A program made the translations under genes and the position numbers. DNA of 64,000 bases from Camelus dromedarius (taxonomy: Eukaryota), in contig NC_087437.1 of assembly GCF_036321535.1 (NCBI RefSeq), positions 15,626,001 through 15,690,000 on the forward strand, read 5' to 3'. Shown here piece by piece: positions 22,406 to 36,819 of this stretch; position 1 is the first letter of the stretch; each line of letters begins with the position of its first letter. The notes under the pieces are model-generated. The model was given only the letters and a program-made list of their open reading frames with translations. It was not told the origin of the DNA and did no database searches.

Positions 22406-25400
22406 TGGGGCCTGGCCTGCCCAGCCAGCAGTAGCGCGGCCTTTGGCTCTGGGACTCAGGAGTGTTTACAGCGCATCTGCCTGGTAGCCCTTGGCACGGT
22501 GGGCCCACCAGGCTGGGGCCAGTCCTCTAACTTGAGTTTCCACCATTAAGAAATACCATGCACGTGGAAGCCTTTGCTCTGGGACCCTCCTTGCTGTGGA
22601 GTTCAGTGACCCCACCTTGCAGCATGATCTGGGAGAGCTCCCCCAGCCCCTTGGAGGCAGACCCTATGACCCAGGCCTGGGTTCCACGCTCGCTGCCCAT
22701 GTGACCTTGGACAAGACACTTCCCCTGCATTTTCTCACCCGTATCATGGGCGGAATGCAGTTCCTCCCCCGGCTGCTGTGAGAGTGAGGTGCCTGTGTGG
22801 TGCCTGGTACATCCTAAGTGGTCTGCAATTGGTAGCTGTCATTCTCCCATCATTTTAAGGGTGAGGAAAGGGACAGGTGAAATGACAAGTCAGTGATGGA
22901 GCTGAGGGTCACACAGCTGACCCCTCAGACTCGGAAGCTCTTTCTCTGCTGACTATGGCTCACTGTTTGGTCACTTGTAAAGGCTGCCACCTCATTGCAT
23001 TACAGCTGCCCCTTGCCCACCGGGCATCTGATGAAAGGAGAGGTCATCGGCTTCTAGCAGTGTTGCCCAGAGTCCCGAGAGACCTGAGCTCAGGACCAGC
23101 GGAGGTGGTGAATCTCAAAACAGTTTCTGCATGCAGGGAGCCCTGTCCTTCCCTGTCCTAACTGCCTGCATATGTGCGTGTACACCACTCCCCCTCACAC
23201 AGATCTCTAGATGACTGGGGAAGTACAACCTATTAATTAATCACTATTCATTAATTTGAAGCTGCTGCAGTCTTGGAGATTGCCCAGGCAGCCCTCTGGC
23301 CCCAGCATTCCCCCACTTGACCTGGGACAGAGGGGCTTAAGTCCTTTGAGGGTGCAGATCCCAACAGAAGCTCCTGTGCAGCACCTGAATGGGGCTGAGT
23401 GGGGAGGAGGGGGCTGAAGCCCCCTTGCTCGCCAGGCATTTGTGTTTCTGTGCCCCACACTTACTCCCCTGCTGGGAGTGTTACTCTCAGGAACTCGTTC
23501 ACCATGGTACCCCTCCCAGAGCTGCCTCTGGAGGGGCAATGACCTGCGGGTATGCCAGCCCAAACTCCAGGAGGATGGTCTGGGGTCCCTACCTACTGGA
23601 TGCCAGGAGCACCAAAAACCCAGAATGTCTCCAGACACTGACACATGTTTCTTGGGGGACAAAAATGCAGTGAGAACACAGCTTTGGAACAAACCCATGA
23701 AAATACAGGCTGGGTGGACTTGACTGCTCTGGGAGAGGCTACTGCTTCGGGATCTGGATGCTGCCCAGGACCCAGACTCAGAGGCTCCCACCCACAGCCC
23801 TTAGTCCAGCAGCTTCTTGGGGCCCGCAGAGTTGCTTCTTGCCAGGAGCATGGGCAGAAAAAGAGATGTCCACTTCACTCCCCAACCTTCCCGCATCCCT
23901 GGCCTCTGGTGACCCATCCCCTAAGCCACACTACCTTTTTGGGTCTGAGAGGGAGATACCGCAGGAGGTGATGTGGATGAGGGCATTTGGATGTATCTGG
24001 GAAGGGAGGAGGAGCAGGAGCGAAGACTGAAGCTGTGAATTATCAGTCAGAAAGTCTGTCCCTCTGCTCAAACCCCCCTTCAATTGTTCCCACAACCAAT
24101 GGGACAAAGAATAAATGCTCAGCCTGTAATTCACAGCCTGGTCCAGCCTCCTTCTACAGACCCATTTCTTCCTCTTTCCCTGCCACCCCACACGTGCGGC
24201 AGCCACAGCTTCCCCAGCACATCTGGCCTCTGCTTCCAAGCTTTGCTCCACATCCTAGCCCCTCCATCCTGCCACCATCCTGAACAGCATGAGATTCAAG
24301 GATCTCTGTATTCTGACCCAACCATTGAATCTACCTCCTTGTCTTAAGATCTGACAAGCCAGGGGACATCTCCATGCTGGGACAGAACTTTAGTTATTTT
24401 CATGACAATGAGCTGGAAATTTCAGGACACCAAAAAGACGAAGAACAGTCCCATGGCTATAATGTCGCATTTATCCTCTGTCCCATTTAGTACCCAGACA
24501 CATCTGGCTGTCACTCACACTGCTTTCACCCCTTTGCATGAAGGAGGGATTCGTCAGTTAAAGAGTTCTGAGCCCTGAGCTGACTTTGCTGTCCTGGAAG
24601 TGGGGAGAGGTCGAAAAGGGGAGGCTTACTCACGGCAGACGAGGTCCTCGCCAGGACGGGGTGTGTTCTGATTCACGCTGTTGTTTTTCTTCAGAATTAG
24701 TAGTTCCTCAGGGACCACCAATCTTAACTCTTACTTCTCTTGAGATTCCAAGGGTCCAGTTTCCCTCTTCTTTGTAGAGACTTAACAGGCAAGTCAACCT
24801 AATAGGCAAGTCAACACGTGAAAGGCTCTTAGGAGGCAATCTGTAGACTTGCTTTTCTCCATTGGTGCAGTGGGGAAGGGGTACACAGAGAGAGGGGTGA
24901 CTCCATGAGGAGCAGGGGACCAAGTCCTAGTCTCTTAACACCCTCGCTTTTCCTGAGATGGGCAAACCTTTACACAGGGTACCAGACACCTTTCCCAGAA
25001 GCCTTTTCTGCAGCTGGTGTCGGCTTCTTGTGGAGTCTTGACTCAGCCTGGCTTGGCTTGCCTCCAGCTCTGAGTCTCTGTTACTGCTCTTACTTCTTCC
25101 TGGAAGACTTCTTTCGACCTCCCTGGCAGGTACATACAGTCCAGCCATACTTCAAGGCCTGGCCCTCACCTCCACCCTGAAGCCTTCCTGGTCACCTAGT
25201 TCCTGGTGCTCCTAGGGGATGCCAGCTCTGTGTGAGGCCTCTCTTTGTAACTATCCCAATAGTTAACAGGACTTGGAAGATTATCCCCTCCCTGATCCCA
25301 TGCTCATCAAATATAAAAAATCTGTCCATTCCCACGGGAGCAGCTATCCCAGGAAATTGTATGTTTCCAGACTCTACCTCTTAGCAGGGTGACCTTGGTA

Positions 25401-27079
25401 TAAAGTCCTTAGTGATGGTTTAGTTAAAGCTATAGCAGCTTCCTGGGTTCTAGTCAGACCCCCGTCTGGGTCCTGCTCAGAGGAGGGTCTCATGGATGTG
25501 GTGCTACAGTTGGGGAGGGGGGACAGAAGAAACTGGAGGCATCCTTGACCTCCTGGTGGAGCAGGAAGTTGCCACCTGTCCTGTGTCTCCCCTGTCGCTG
25601 TTCAGCCATTGTAGAGAAACTCAGCGAGCCACAGAATCCATTTCATACTGACATCAGATCTGTGCAGCAGAATGTGGCTTGACAGGGCTCTCCTTCCTCC
25701 CCAACCTTCCCCTGTGCTCTGTGAACGCGGGGTACATCCAGTGAGATGTGCCTCTGTGTTATCTCCATTTCATATGGGAAACTGAGGCTCAGGGACTTAA
25801 GGAGACCTGTGAAAGGTCCCACGGTGTCTTACACAGAGCAGGTGATGACACCCTACCCTGTCTGACTCCAAAGCTCAAGTGCTGAATCATCTCCCACCCC
25901 CGGTGACCATCACATGCCTGTGAGCTGAGGCTGCCTAACATCCCAGCTGAGGGAAAGAGCAGCCATCTGCCTGCAGGGGAGATGCTTTCGACAGTCATAA
26001 TGAACACACCTTGAGCTGGGGTCCGAGACCTTTGTTGAGGCTCTTGGGAAAATTCTTTGAGCTCAAGCCCTGAGCTGGGCCATTGGGGACAGATTTCTCA
26101 GTTCTGTGGCGTCAGTAGGGGAGAGCTGGTGGCAGTGGCAGTAGATGAAAGTTGGTGGTCTGAAGCAGTGAGGTGGCCGTGCCAGGGACTGAGAGGGAGA
26201 TGGAGCTCTGCCATTTGCAGAACCATTAAGAGGTACGCTGTGGTGAGGTTGATTCAACTGTAAAGAAGTCTTTCCAATTCTGCTGGGTTTGGATGAGGAT
26301 GCTGCCTGGCACAGACAGCAGCATCTTCTTAAGACCCTACTACGTGCAATGCCATTATGATGAAATGAGAGTCAGCTTGCCAGGAGGGCGTATCTGTCCT
26401 CCTAGAGAGGAAGGTCCAGGAACGCTGCAAGGTGGAGCGGACATCCAAACTGTGTCCTTGAGAATGAATGAGTAGGAAGAGTCCCAGGAGAAGGGCGAGG
26501 ACTTTTCAGGCAGAGGAGCAGTCTGGAAGGAGGGGGCTGAGGGGCCGGAGGGAGGGCTGGAGGTGAGAGAGAAGATGACAGGTTTCAGGACATGAAAGCA
26601 GGGTGATCTGGTTGATGCCGCAGTACAGGGAGGAGAGGTCTGCAGGAGGCAGAACCTGCCATGGGTGGGGCCCCTGCTGCCAACCTGAGCAGTGATGGAT
26701 GTTGTCTGCCGGGAGGCGGGAGCAGGGAGTGTTCAGGAGGGGGAGGGGCAGGCCTGACAGTTACCCCGGACTGGCCTTCTGGAGGGGGTGCTAGGCAAGG
26801 GGTTGATGGCATGGAAAGATCATCAGACACCACACTTGGGCTGTGTGAGGAAAGGGGCATCTGGGGGTGCAGTGAGGAGTATCTAGGCTAGGGGGAGCCG
26901 GCTCAGAGCAAGGGCGTGGGAGAGGGCAGGCGCTGGTGGGCAGGCAGGTGATACATGAGGCCTCTGCTCCAGCTGGAGGGCAGACCCGGCTCGACCCTCA
27001 GACACAGGAGACCACTCCAGGTGAGCAGGGCCACAGGCTTCCACCAGTGAGACAAGCAGCCTGCCAAACTCATGTTCAT

Positions 27080-27990
27080 TATTGAAAATTTAGGAAATGC
27101 AAATGCTGTAAAAGGAAGAAAGTAAAATCATCCAATCCTATCACCTAGGAAATCATCACTTTTGTTTAATTTTATTTTTTATTGCAGTGTAATTGATTTA
27201 CAATGTTAGTTCCAGGTGTACAGCAAAACTATTCAGTTATTCATATACATACGTATATTTTTTTCAGATTCTTTTCAATTGTATGTTATTATAAGAAATT
27301 GAATATGGTTCCTTGTGCTATACAGTAGGTCCGGATCATCACCTTAAAACATTTCGTTATTTAGCAATTTTTTCAACTACAACATATAATTATTACAACA
27401 TATATAATAAATGAGTATATGTGTATACACATATATACACATGCATATATATGTGTATATTTATTTTAAAAGTAAAGTTGAGATCATACCATATAGAGTT
27501 TGGTCTCACAATGTTTTTGGTCTCAACACATGTAATGAATAGTTTACTAAAAACTATTCTAAACCCAATTTAAAAGGCTGTTTCATCCCCCACGGTACCG
27601 ATGTGCCATAATCCGTTTTTCTATTTTCTTGTTGCTGTAGTTTGTTTGGCATTTTCCACTTTTATAAATAACATGTTGATAAATATCTATGTGGTTATAC
27701 CTTTGACCACATATCTGATTATTTCTTTAGAGTAGGTTCCAGGTAGTGGAATTACCGAGTCAAAGGTGATGACTATTTTAAGGCTTGAGATATATATATA
27801 ACGTCAAGTCACTTTCCAGAGCAGTTGTGCCTGTCTGCAGTCTCACTGGCTGCGTGTGTGTCCCCCTCCCCGCTGACCCCCACAAGCACTGGTTGCTATC
27901 ATTGCATGAACCTTTGTCGTATTATAATCGGTACAAGATAACTCTAGTTTTTATTTTTTAATTGTCACTGAGATTGAGCGATATTTTTCA
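27080..27990 (-). mobile_element. Ancient L1ME-like fragment containing a younger L1 3'-end insertion (about 27165-27332)
   Basis: Reverse-strand L1 3' UTR text. The inner insert ('gtgtaattgatttacaatgttag...cttgtgctatacagtaggtcc') is flanked by an atcatcac(t/c)t duplication. Confidence 0.7.
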
Positions 27991-30900
27991 CATAAATGTA
28001 GATGTGTGTATGTGTGAGTGAGGGATTTTAGGGGTGTGTAGCTTCAGTTTCTTTTTCCTACTGGAATGGCACAAACATTTAAACATTGGTTTGAAAAATA
28101 ACTCAGACCTTCAGAGAACAGAGGAGAAGGAGGTTAAGTGAGGACGAGCCGCTCTGAAGGCACCTCCCCCGCTGCTGACGGAACCATCTGGAGCATGGAT
28201 TTGGGGAGAGTTTGGTTCCGAGGGTGCTGCTCAGTCTCACGCAGCCGCCCCCACCCCGTCCCAAGAAGCCAGAATCCATGACGTTGCTGTTAAACACAGT
28301 TTCCATTCTCAACCTTTCCAGTAGATCTCTCCACGATGGTCCGTTAGCCATTCCCTGTTTCAGTATTTCTGTCCAGGACACCCTCATCACCCTTCCTATT
28401 TTTCTGTCTGTAACAGACCCCTTGTTACGACCCCTTCTTCTTACATATATGATGTGCCTGTGTGGGAAGCACCACGTCCAAGTTCCAGGTGGTTTGACTT
28501 TGGGAGTCTCTATACTCACTGGCATTCTTGGCCTTTTCCTGTGGATGGAGATGATGAAAATCAATTTGTCTCTCACCACCACATCCAAAATATCTCGAGC
28601 TATGCCAAGAGACGTATCCAGTGGCACATGAAAGTCCATGGAGAGATTACCTCTTCTGCTTGACCAAGTGTTTATTGCCGAGCTATTGAAATGCCCCTCG
28701 TGTATTCCTCCATACGCCTCGCTCTCCGATGGAAGCAAGTGTCCTCACGCCCACTTCGTGCTTCAGAGTTCGTCCCCCAGCAGTCACCTGCTCCTGCGCA
28801 GAAGTCGGCATTTGTACTTTCATGAACTCATGTCGTCCTCGCTCTAGCCCAAGGCCGGGCTGACAACTTTATGCCTGTTTTATTGACAAAGGAATAGAGG
28901 AGCAGGAAATCCATTCACACGGTTTCCCCAGTGCGCCAACACTGGCTTCTGGGTGGGCCTGGTGCCTGAAGCAAGCCTCGTACACTTACCGTCCTGTGTG
29001 TTCTAGGAGAAAGGGCACAGATGCCTTTTCCGGGGGCAGGCTCAGATTTGGGCTGGCACCCCCAGGTCTGCACTCCCAGTGACACCTGTCCCCAGGGAAA
29101 GAGCCCTCCCGCCTGGCGGTGGGAGGTTGTCTGATGGGGTCGTGAGGCGGCCCCCAGCAAATGGCTTTGGAGTATCAGAACAAAAGCACAGATGAAGTCA
29201 GAACTGCCTTTCAGTCATTACTGGAGACCCTGGGGGACTGTCGGGAGGAAGCTGGTGCCCTTCTGCCCCAAGCAGGACAGGCCCAGTGGCCTGGATCCCA
29301 GGGAGAACAAGGGAGCTGGCTTTCAGTGTCAGCCGTGGACTCCAGCCTTGCCTGTCCCTGGGGCAGAGCCTCTAATAGGAGCCACGGGTATTTTTAGTCT
29401 CACGTGTGCAGGCACAGGACAGGCGAGCTGGAAGGGAACAGCTAATAAGCAGTGGTCCTTATTAAGTTGGGAAGGATGAAGTAAGGGGAGGGCGGGAGCC
29501 TGGTGGAACTTTTGCACACGCCTCATTTTCAGAGAACTCTTTTTCCATAATTCACAGAGAAAGATTGAGGTCAGGGTGATTACGCACATCCCCAGTTACA
29601 GAAGCCTGAAAGTGGAGCGCGTTCACCTCCTGTGGCCTGCCGGTCCCCTCCCCCCAGGCCCCTCTGCCCTCCCAGGGAGCAGGATGGGCAGGAGGGATGG
29701 ATGCTGGGCTACCAAGGCTCTCGAGGTTGGGGGGCTCTCTAAAAAGACCGGATGAGAAGCTGATCCCCAGTGTGATCCTCACAGCCTCAGGAGATAATTG
29801 AGTGGTATCAACTGTGATCCTGATTTCACAGGATTGGGAAATGGAGGTTCAGAGAGGTGCAGGCCCTTGGGCAAGGCCACACAGCTGGGATGTGGCAGAG
29901 CTGGGATTCAAACTCAATGTTCTAGATCAAGGTGCACCATTGTTTGCCAGGACATTCCACTTTTCCCCAAACGACAGTCAGTCATGTGTAAGACTCATTA
30001 TCCATTTTATTAAACCACACACTTTTTTTCTATGCCAACTCTGTGCCAGGAACTTTATCACTGGGGTGAGGATACAGTTGCTTCTCCCAGCTGAACCTCG
30101 AGGCAGCCAGTGTGCCAGCTTGTCCTGTGGGAGAGGTAGACTGGGAAGTGAAAGCAGCAGGTTTCCAGACTGGGGTCCAGCATGAGGACAGTCAAAGCTG
30201 TGCTAATACAGCCAGGACCCCTCCTGTATAGCATCTTCTGAGGGTGAGACTGGGGGCAATGACCAGGGAGGGGCGGGCGTGCCGTCAGCCCTTTCTCCAG
30301 ACCTGCGTTGCTTGGAGTCTAGGGCAGGACTCACTAAGTGAGGGCTTGGCAAAGCTGGAATTAAGGGAGTACCCAGCCCCTGCTGCTATCAGCCACTCCC
30401 TTCCTCCCACTCCCCACATCTTTATGGTCTGAGAGCAGGAGACAGCGAGAACGTGGATTTGGGATGGAAGCGCTGAAGTGAGTTCCATCCACCTCCTGTC
30501 TCAGTCCAAAACCAGCCATGGCGTGTGCCTCTGTCCATTCAAAGACCCATCCTTTCATCTACTCTTTCATATCTAGTCATCCACTCCATCTAGCCACCTA
30601 TCCATTCACACTCTCATCCATCCATCTCAGTTAGCCTTTTGTTCACTCATCCCTCCATCTCTACCTGGACGTCACTTGTCAATCATCCGTCAGCCCCATC
30701 CATCCATCCCTCCTATCCAATGTGTTCTGTCCATTCCCTCATTTGTCTACTCATCCATCCCCATCCAATTACCAATTCCTTCATTCCATCCGCACCCAGA
30801 CTGTTCCAGATCTTGCGTCTGGTGTTGTGGGGACACAGAGGTGAATGAGTCTTTCTCTTGTAGTCAACCTAGAAAACAGGGTGCAGATCAACTTATGAAG

Positions 30901-31035
30901 GAAACAATGTAATTTAAGAAGGTCCAGAGAGGAGCAACAGAATGAATATGGCTGCAAGAGAAGGAGAATGAGGAGACTGAAGGAGAGGGCCAACAACTCA
31001 GGTCATTAGACTCCACTTGTGGGGGAAGATATAAT

Positions 31036-31103
31036 AGAAGGAGAGAGAAAGAGAGAAAGAAGGAAAGAAAGAAAGGAAAAGAAAGAAAGAAAGAAAGAAA
31101 GAA

Positions 31104-31181
<78 letters not shown>

Positions 31182-31216
31182 AAGAAAGAAAGAAAGAAAA
31201 AGAAAGAAAGAAAGAA

Positions 31217-31248
<32 letters not shown>

Positions 31249-31488
31249 GAAAGAAAGAAAGAAAGAAAGAAAAAGAAAGAAAGAAAGAAAAAGAAAGAAA
31301 GAAAGAGAAAGAAAGAAAGAAAGAAAGAGAAAGAAAGAAAGAAAAAGAAAGAAAGAAAAAGAAAGAAAGAAAGAAAGAAAGAAAGAGAAAGAAAGAAAGA
31401 AAAAGAAAGAAAGAAAGAAAGAAAAGAAAGAAAGAAAGAGAAAGAAAGAAAGAAAGAAAGAAAGAAAAGAAAGAAAGAAAGAAAGAAA

Positions 31489-31532
<44 letters not shown>

Positions 31533-31640
31533 AAAAGGAAGGAAGGAAGGAAGGAAGAGGGAGGGAGGGAGGGAGGGGGAAGGGAGGAAGAAGGAAGGAA
31601 GGAGGAGGGAAGGGAGGAAGAAGGAAGGAAGGAAGGAAAA
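31036..31640 (+). repeat. Compound (GAAA)n/(GA)n/(GGAA)n microsatellite; 605-nt pure purine tract
   Basis: No C or T on the + strand from 31036 to 31640. Explains the low-complexity ORFs at 30888-31675. Confidence 0.98.
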
Positions 31641-34639
31641 TATGTATTGAATGTCCACTCCATGCTAGGTGCTAGGTACTTTCACTAGTCTTACTTAATT
31701 ATCCCAACAGACTTTCAGGTGCATTTTGGAGATGAGGAACTAGGGTTCAGGTAGGCATCTGTTAACCATGAATAAAACTTGAAGAGCAGGGCTAGGTTGA
31801 ATATGCCTAACACAGAGGATCAGAGTGAGAACTTGAAGCAAGTCGGTCCAGGACAATTGAAGAGTGGGCTATTTGACAGTTAACTTCCGGAATACGTTTC
31901 CTGAAGTTGTGCATGTGGACAGGAACCACAAAGTCAACTGGCTCCCAGGTGCTCAGTGAGAAGGAGGTTGTGGGGTAATGCCCAGCTTTTGGACTTGGAT
32001 GCCAGGTTGCATCTGTTTGTCACGGAATTGGAGCCTCCCTTAGTGGCTGTGCCAGGTTCAGGGTCCTCCTGGAAGATTCCTGGTCCTGGACCCTCTCTGC
32101 CAGGATGCAGGCTCAGGTCTGCAAGCACCCTCAGGCCGAACTTGCAGGCATTCTCGCAGCCAGTTCAGTGTCAAGTTTTGCTTTGCTTTTCCGGTCCAAG
32201 ATCTTCTCCTGGGGGTGGGGTTCTGTGGAAATCCAGTAGAGCCCCAGGGAGGAGAGCTCAGCTTTACCTCCCAGCTGTTCGGGCTTCAGCAGCCGTGAGT
32301 CCCAGCTCTGGGCCCTTCTGACGCCCCAATGTGCAGTTTTCAGCTGACACATCATCCCTGGCACTTTCTGGATCCAGACCCAGTTCTTATCATTTGATGT
32401 CATCAAATAGTTCCCTGACAGTTGGATGAACCTCTACGGACCACTGATTGTCAATCTCTGTTTCAAGGCTGGAGTGTTCCCAAATGGTTAGGAAGGTGGT
32501 CCAAGCAACCAAGGACTCTGGTGACAACTCAGGGTGAGGGGAGCCCTGCAGCTTCCCAGACAGCTGCCTTCCAACAGCTGCAGAGGACATGACAGAGGCT
32601 GGGTGGGGATGGCAGCATTAATTAGAGGTTCTAGAATTACATAGGTCTTATTCAGTTGGGCCCTGCTGCTTCCTACAAACTTGTAGGTCTTCTCCTCTCT
32701 GGAGTCAGTCTGTCTGTCTATCTGTTGAGAACCATCTCAGCTTGGTCTTTGCCTGCCTGCCCTGGAGAGTAGGTTCGGGGCATAGGAATGCAGGTGCCCG
32801 GGTACCAGTCCTGGGTCCAGTGGCTCAGCCCCTCACGCAGGGCTGGGAAGGGGTATGTGTGAGGAGTGCGGCTGCTCTGGGCCCCGTTCCCTCGGCCGTC
32901 CTTCCTCCCCAGCTCCCCCCTCGGCACGGCCGGCCCCACCTGCCAGCTCAGCTGTCCTTGTTCACCATGTAATCCCTGCCAGGGAGAGAGGGGAACATGA
33001 GCCGGGCCTTCTCCCGCTGCATCCTGCCATCCTGTCCTCCCTCCATCCAGGAGGGCCAGGGGAGGGGGGCTGCTGGGGACAAGGAAGGGCAGAACGCAGG
33101 CTCAGCTGCCTCCGGGCTGCTGCAGCCGCAGGGCCTCCTTGATGCATGAAACACACAAACCCCAGGCCTTCCCTCCAGAGACTGTGCACACGCAGGAACT
33201 GCTCTGGTGTCTGGTACCCCGACACCTGCTGGGCCCACTGAGTGCAAGAGAGCCTCTCTTGCCTCCCCTTCACTTCCATGGGTCTGGGGTGGGGGCCCCT
33301 GCCAGGTGTTTTAATTTTCATTCTAAAAAAGCCACTTGGGACCCAGGGAGCTCAAGTTCCGGTGTTGCCAGGCAAGTCAGAGCCTCAATCTCCCCATCTG
33401 TAGCCCAGCAGCCATCATGCCTGCTGCCCAGGGTAGGAGACAGAGCGAGGTAGTGCAGACTGGCCTGGCACATGCTGGTGCATGGTGGTGACTGTTCACA
33501 AGCAGTGCAGGCCAGGCCCTGAACCTGGGACTCGGCCACACGCCTGCAACCCTGGCGCCTCTGTACATTGCAAGGAAGGAGCACCTTGCTGTGGTACCTC
33601 AGGGACATCAGGGTGGTGGCCTATGTACCACAATCGTGGGGAGCTGTGCTTCCAGGGCTGTGCCATTCATCTATGTTTTCCTAAAGCAGCTGCTCCCTGC
33701 ACATGCCAGGCGCTCCTTTAAGGCAGTTCCGTGTTTGTGCGTGCGTATAACAGGGCCATTTGGTCCCTGACTGGTGCCGTAGAATTTGGAGGAGTCATGG
33801 CCCTTCTCTGAGCCTTGGTTTCCTCATCTGAACAAACGGGTATGTTGATCCCTGCCTGACGGGCTGTTCTGGATTCAGTGGCAGGCCCTGGCCCCCTGCG
33901 TGGCACACGGTAAGTGAGGGCTCCTGCGACCCCTTCCCCTCTTCCAGTGCAGAGGTTTCCTCAGTTGCCTTGGGATCTGATCCAGGGAAGAAGGGAAGGG
34001 CCTAGGAGGGCACTAGATGGGCAACAGGGGTGTGGGGGGCCCTGGCTTCTCACTGGCCACCGATGTTCTATGCAGACAGAAGTGGGGCAGGGCTGGCCTC
34101 TGGTCAGCAGCACAAGGCCACTTCTGGCCCCACCCTGCAGGTCTGGGAGAAATCAGGTGGCTTTCAGGCACACCACCCAGCCTGGCTGCTTCTTCCTGCT
34201 AAGGGAAGGGGCCAGGGTAGAGGCCTTGACCATGCCTCTCAGTGAGGGATCAGGGCTGGCCCGCGTCCATGGAGGATCCCTGCCTCCCAGTGCTGCCTCT
34301 GGGAAGAGCCTGGGAAAAGCCTCCTGGGTGCGAGGCCCCCCTCCCGCACGGCCGGGCCTCTGGCCCTGGAGCCGGGGTTGCGCAAGCAGAGCCGGGAGCT
34401 GGCCTCGCGCAGGGTTACCCGAGGCAGGCTGGGCCCAGGGCTGGGCCAGGCCCTGGATCACAGTGGTGACAGTGACCTGCTTGTGGCAGGACAGTTTGCA
34501 CTCCCCAGGTGGTTGTTGACAAGCTGCCACGGAGGGAGGAGCCTCTGTGATGACACGGGCCTCGGGCCAAGGCCTGACAGCCATCTGCTCAGCCACCAGC
34601 CTGCAGGCCTCCGGGGAGGGAGAGGGCAGGGGAGGAAAC

Positions 34640-35095
34640 AGAGGGAGAAGTGGGGGCAGAGAGGGCCAGAGACAGAGAGAGACAGAGGGACACTCAGACA
34701 GAGACAGAGAGACAGAGACACAGAGACACAGAGACAGAGACAGAAAGACAGAAACAGAAAGACATAGAGAGGAAGAGAAGCCACATAAAGGCAGAGAGAT
34801 ATATGAGAGGAAGATACCCAGACAGAAAGAGGCAGACAGAGAATGAGAGACACAGAGAGACAGGGACAGAAACGAAGGGAGAGAAATAGAAGGACAGACA
34901 GAGAGAGAGAAGGAGAGACAAAGAGAACAACAGAGGCAGAGGAGCCAAGAGAGGGGCCGAGAGAGGGAGGGTGGTGGGGGACAGAGACGGACAGAGACAC
35001 TACAGAGACCCAGAGAACTAGAGACATGGAGAGAGACAGAGGCCGTCGGGGTCGGGGAGAGATGGAGAGGGGCAAAGAAACGCCTGGAGACAGGG
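34640..35095 (+). repeat. GA-rich (GAGACA)n-type degenerate simple repeat
   Basis: Repeated gagaca/gacaga units are directly visible. Confidence 0.9.
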
Positions 35096-36819
35096 AGTGA
35101 GGGCGCGTGCTGGGGCAGCTGGGCCGGAGTGGCGGTGGACAGACAGAGGCTCTGGTCAGGTTCCTGGTGAAAGGAGAGCTTTCAGAGGGAAGAAGTCACA
35201 CTGACCGGGGACCCCGGGGCCAGGGTCCTGACAATGGTCCTCAGATGTTAGTAGGCAGCAGAATCACGGAGGCCACATTCAAGTTCAGGAGCTGGCCCAT
35301 CCCCAGTCTGATTTGCTGGTCAAGGGGAGGCCAGGAATCTGCATTTCCAGAAGGGTCCTCAGGAGAGTCTATTGTGGGGTCACACCAGTCAGAGTCAGGA
35401 CACTGCACCAGGCGGAGTCAGGACACTGCACCAGGGGAAGACAGGCTGGGCCCCTCCCCCTCCCCCTCCCGCTCCCCTTCCCCCTCCCTCATCTCCTTAC
35501 ACTGTGGGTCCCTGGGTGGGCGAGGCCAGGCCTGGGAGGGCTCTGAGGGAAGTCTCCACAGACCTGGGGGCATCCCACATCTTCTGTTTCATCAACCAGT
35601 GATGCCAGGAAGGACTGGGGGCCTGCTGAGCCCCGGATGGGTGGACTGGGAGGCACCATAAAAGGTCATGATTAAGCCCTGTGCAGTTGAGGAAACTCAG
35701 TGGCTGGGCTGAGACAATGGAGATAACATGAAATGTTAATTTTTCAAACTCCTGCTATGGCCCCGGCTCTGTGCTGAATATTATTTCATTCCATCCTCTT
35801 AAATAGGGTAAGAGTCAGCATGGACTCCACCGCAGAGGTGAAGAAATGAGGCCCAGAAATGACAAGTAATATGCCCAAGGTCACACAGCCAGTGAATGGC
35901 AGAGCCTGGACCAGAATCCCGGCCTGTGTTACCCTGAAACCCCGGGTCACTCCCAACCTCTCCCCTCTTCCCACAAACGGCTCTGTTGCCTCTCAGGCTG
36001 GGATCCCGGACTCAGCCTTCTTGATTCCTTCCACCTTGTTCCCACCCAATCCATGTGCAAGGCCTCCAATGCCAGCCCCACGCTAGTCCTCTCCCCATCA
36101 CCATCTCCTCCCACTGTAAATGTCTCTTCCCAAATTCAGCCCTCATGTGTCTTGCAGATCTGCCAAGGCTGTAATCATCCAGCTCAGTGTTCCCCCTAAA
36201 CGTGTTCCCTGTGCCGCCGGAAGGGAGCGAGGTGATTTCAGGTTCCTGTCCTTCTAAGTACTCTAGGAGACAGAGCCGGAGGTAAATTCACCTGCTAACG
36301 CTTCCTGAGAGGCGGGTGGGGTTGGGATGCCCCGGGGCAGCCGGGGTGAGGGGGAATGGTCATGAGGCGGTGACAAGCGGAAGGACAATTCAGGAGGGCA
36401 TGATACTAAACCAGCCTCAGTCTCAAGGCACATGGGTTGTTTCCAGAGAAAATTAATGGACTATCTTCCCTTGGTTGAAAGGTCAAAGAAGTCATCTCCC
36501 TGCTCCTTGCTGTGTTTTACCCCTCGCTGATGAACGCGCACTCCAGAAGGCATTAATCAAGCTCCCTGGTCTTCCAGGTTGTTCCCCGGCTCCTCTTGGG
36601 CAGCCAGGGGACACCATGACTGGGTGTTGGAACTGTGGCAACTCCCACCGTGGGGCCCAGCCCTCCCCCCGGGGAAGGCAGATGTGGCTGGAGATGTTGG
36701 CAGGAGATGACTCGATGGCACTGGGGGCGGGGCTCTCTGAGCAGATGCGGAGTAATTCAGACGACAAAATGTACACCAGGATGGTTAAGTTCACATCGTG
36801 TTTAGAAATCGGTAGACTC

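Noticed and set aside
28103..28738. 211-aa minus-strand ORF (and overlapping 139-aa plus-strand ORF)
   Set aside because: No recognisable domain, and the start is non-ATG. Parts of the DNA loosely resemble a very decayed CR1/L3 fragment. It is probably a chance ORF; a BLASTP/Dfam search and PhyloCSF would settle it.
30888..31675. Long Phe/Leu/Ser-rich and Lys/Glu/Arg-rich ORFs (218-256 aa)
   Set aside because: These are translations of the (GAAA)n microsatellite, which lacks stop codons.
34378..35100. Arg/Glu/Asp/Thr-rich and Leu/Ser/Val-rich ORFs
   Set aside because: Derived from the GAGACA simple repeat.
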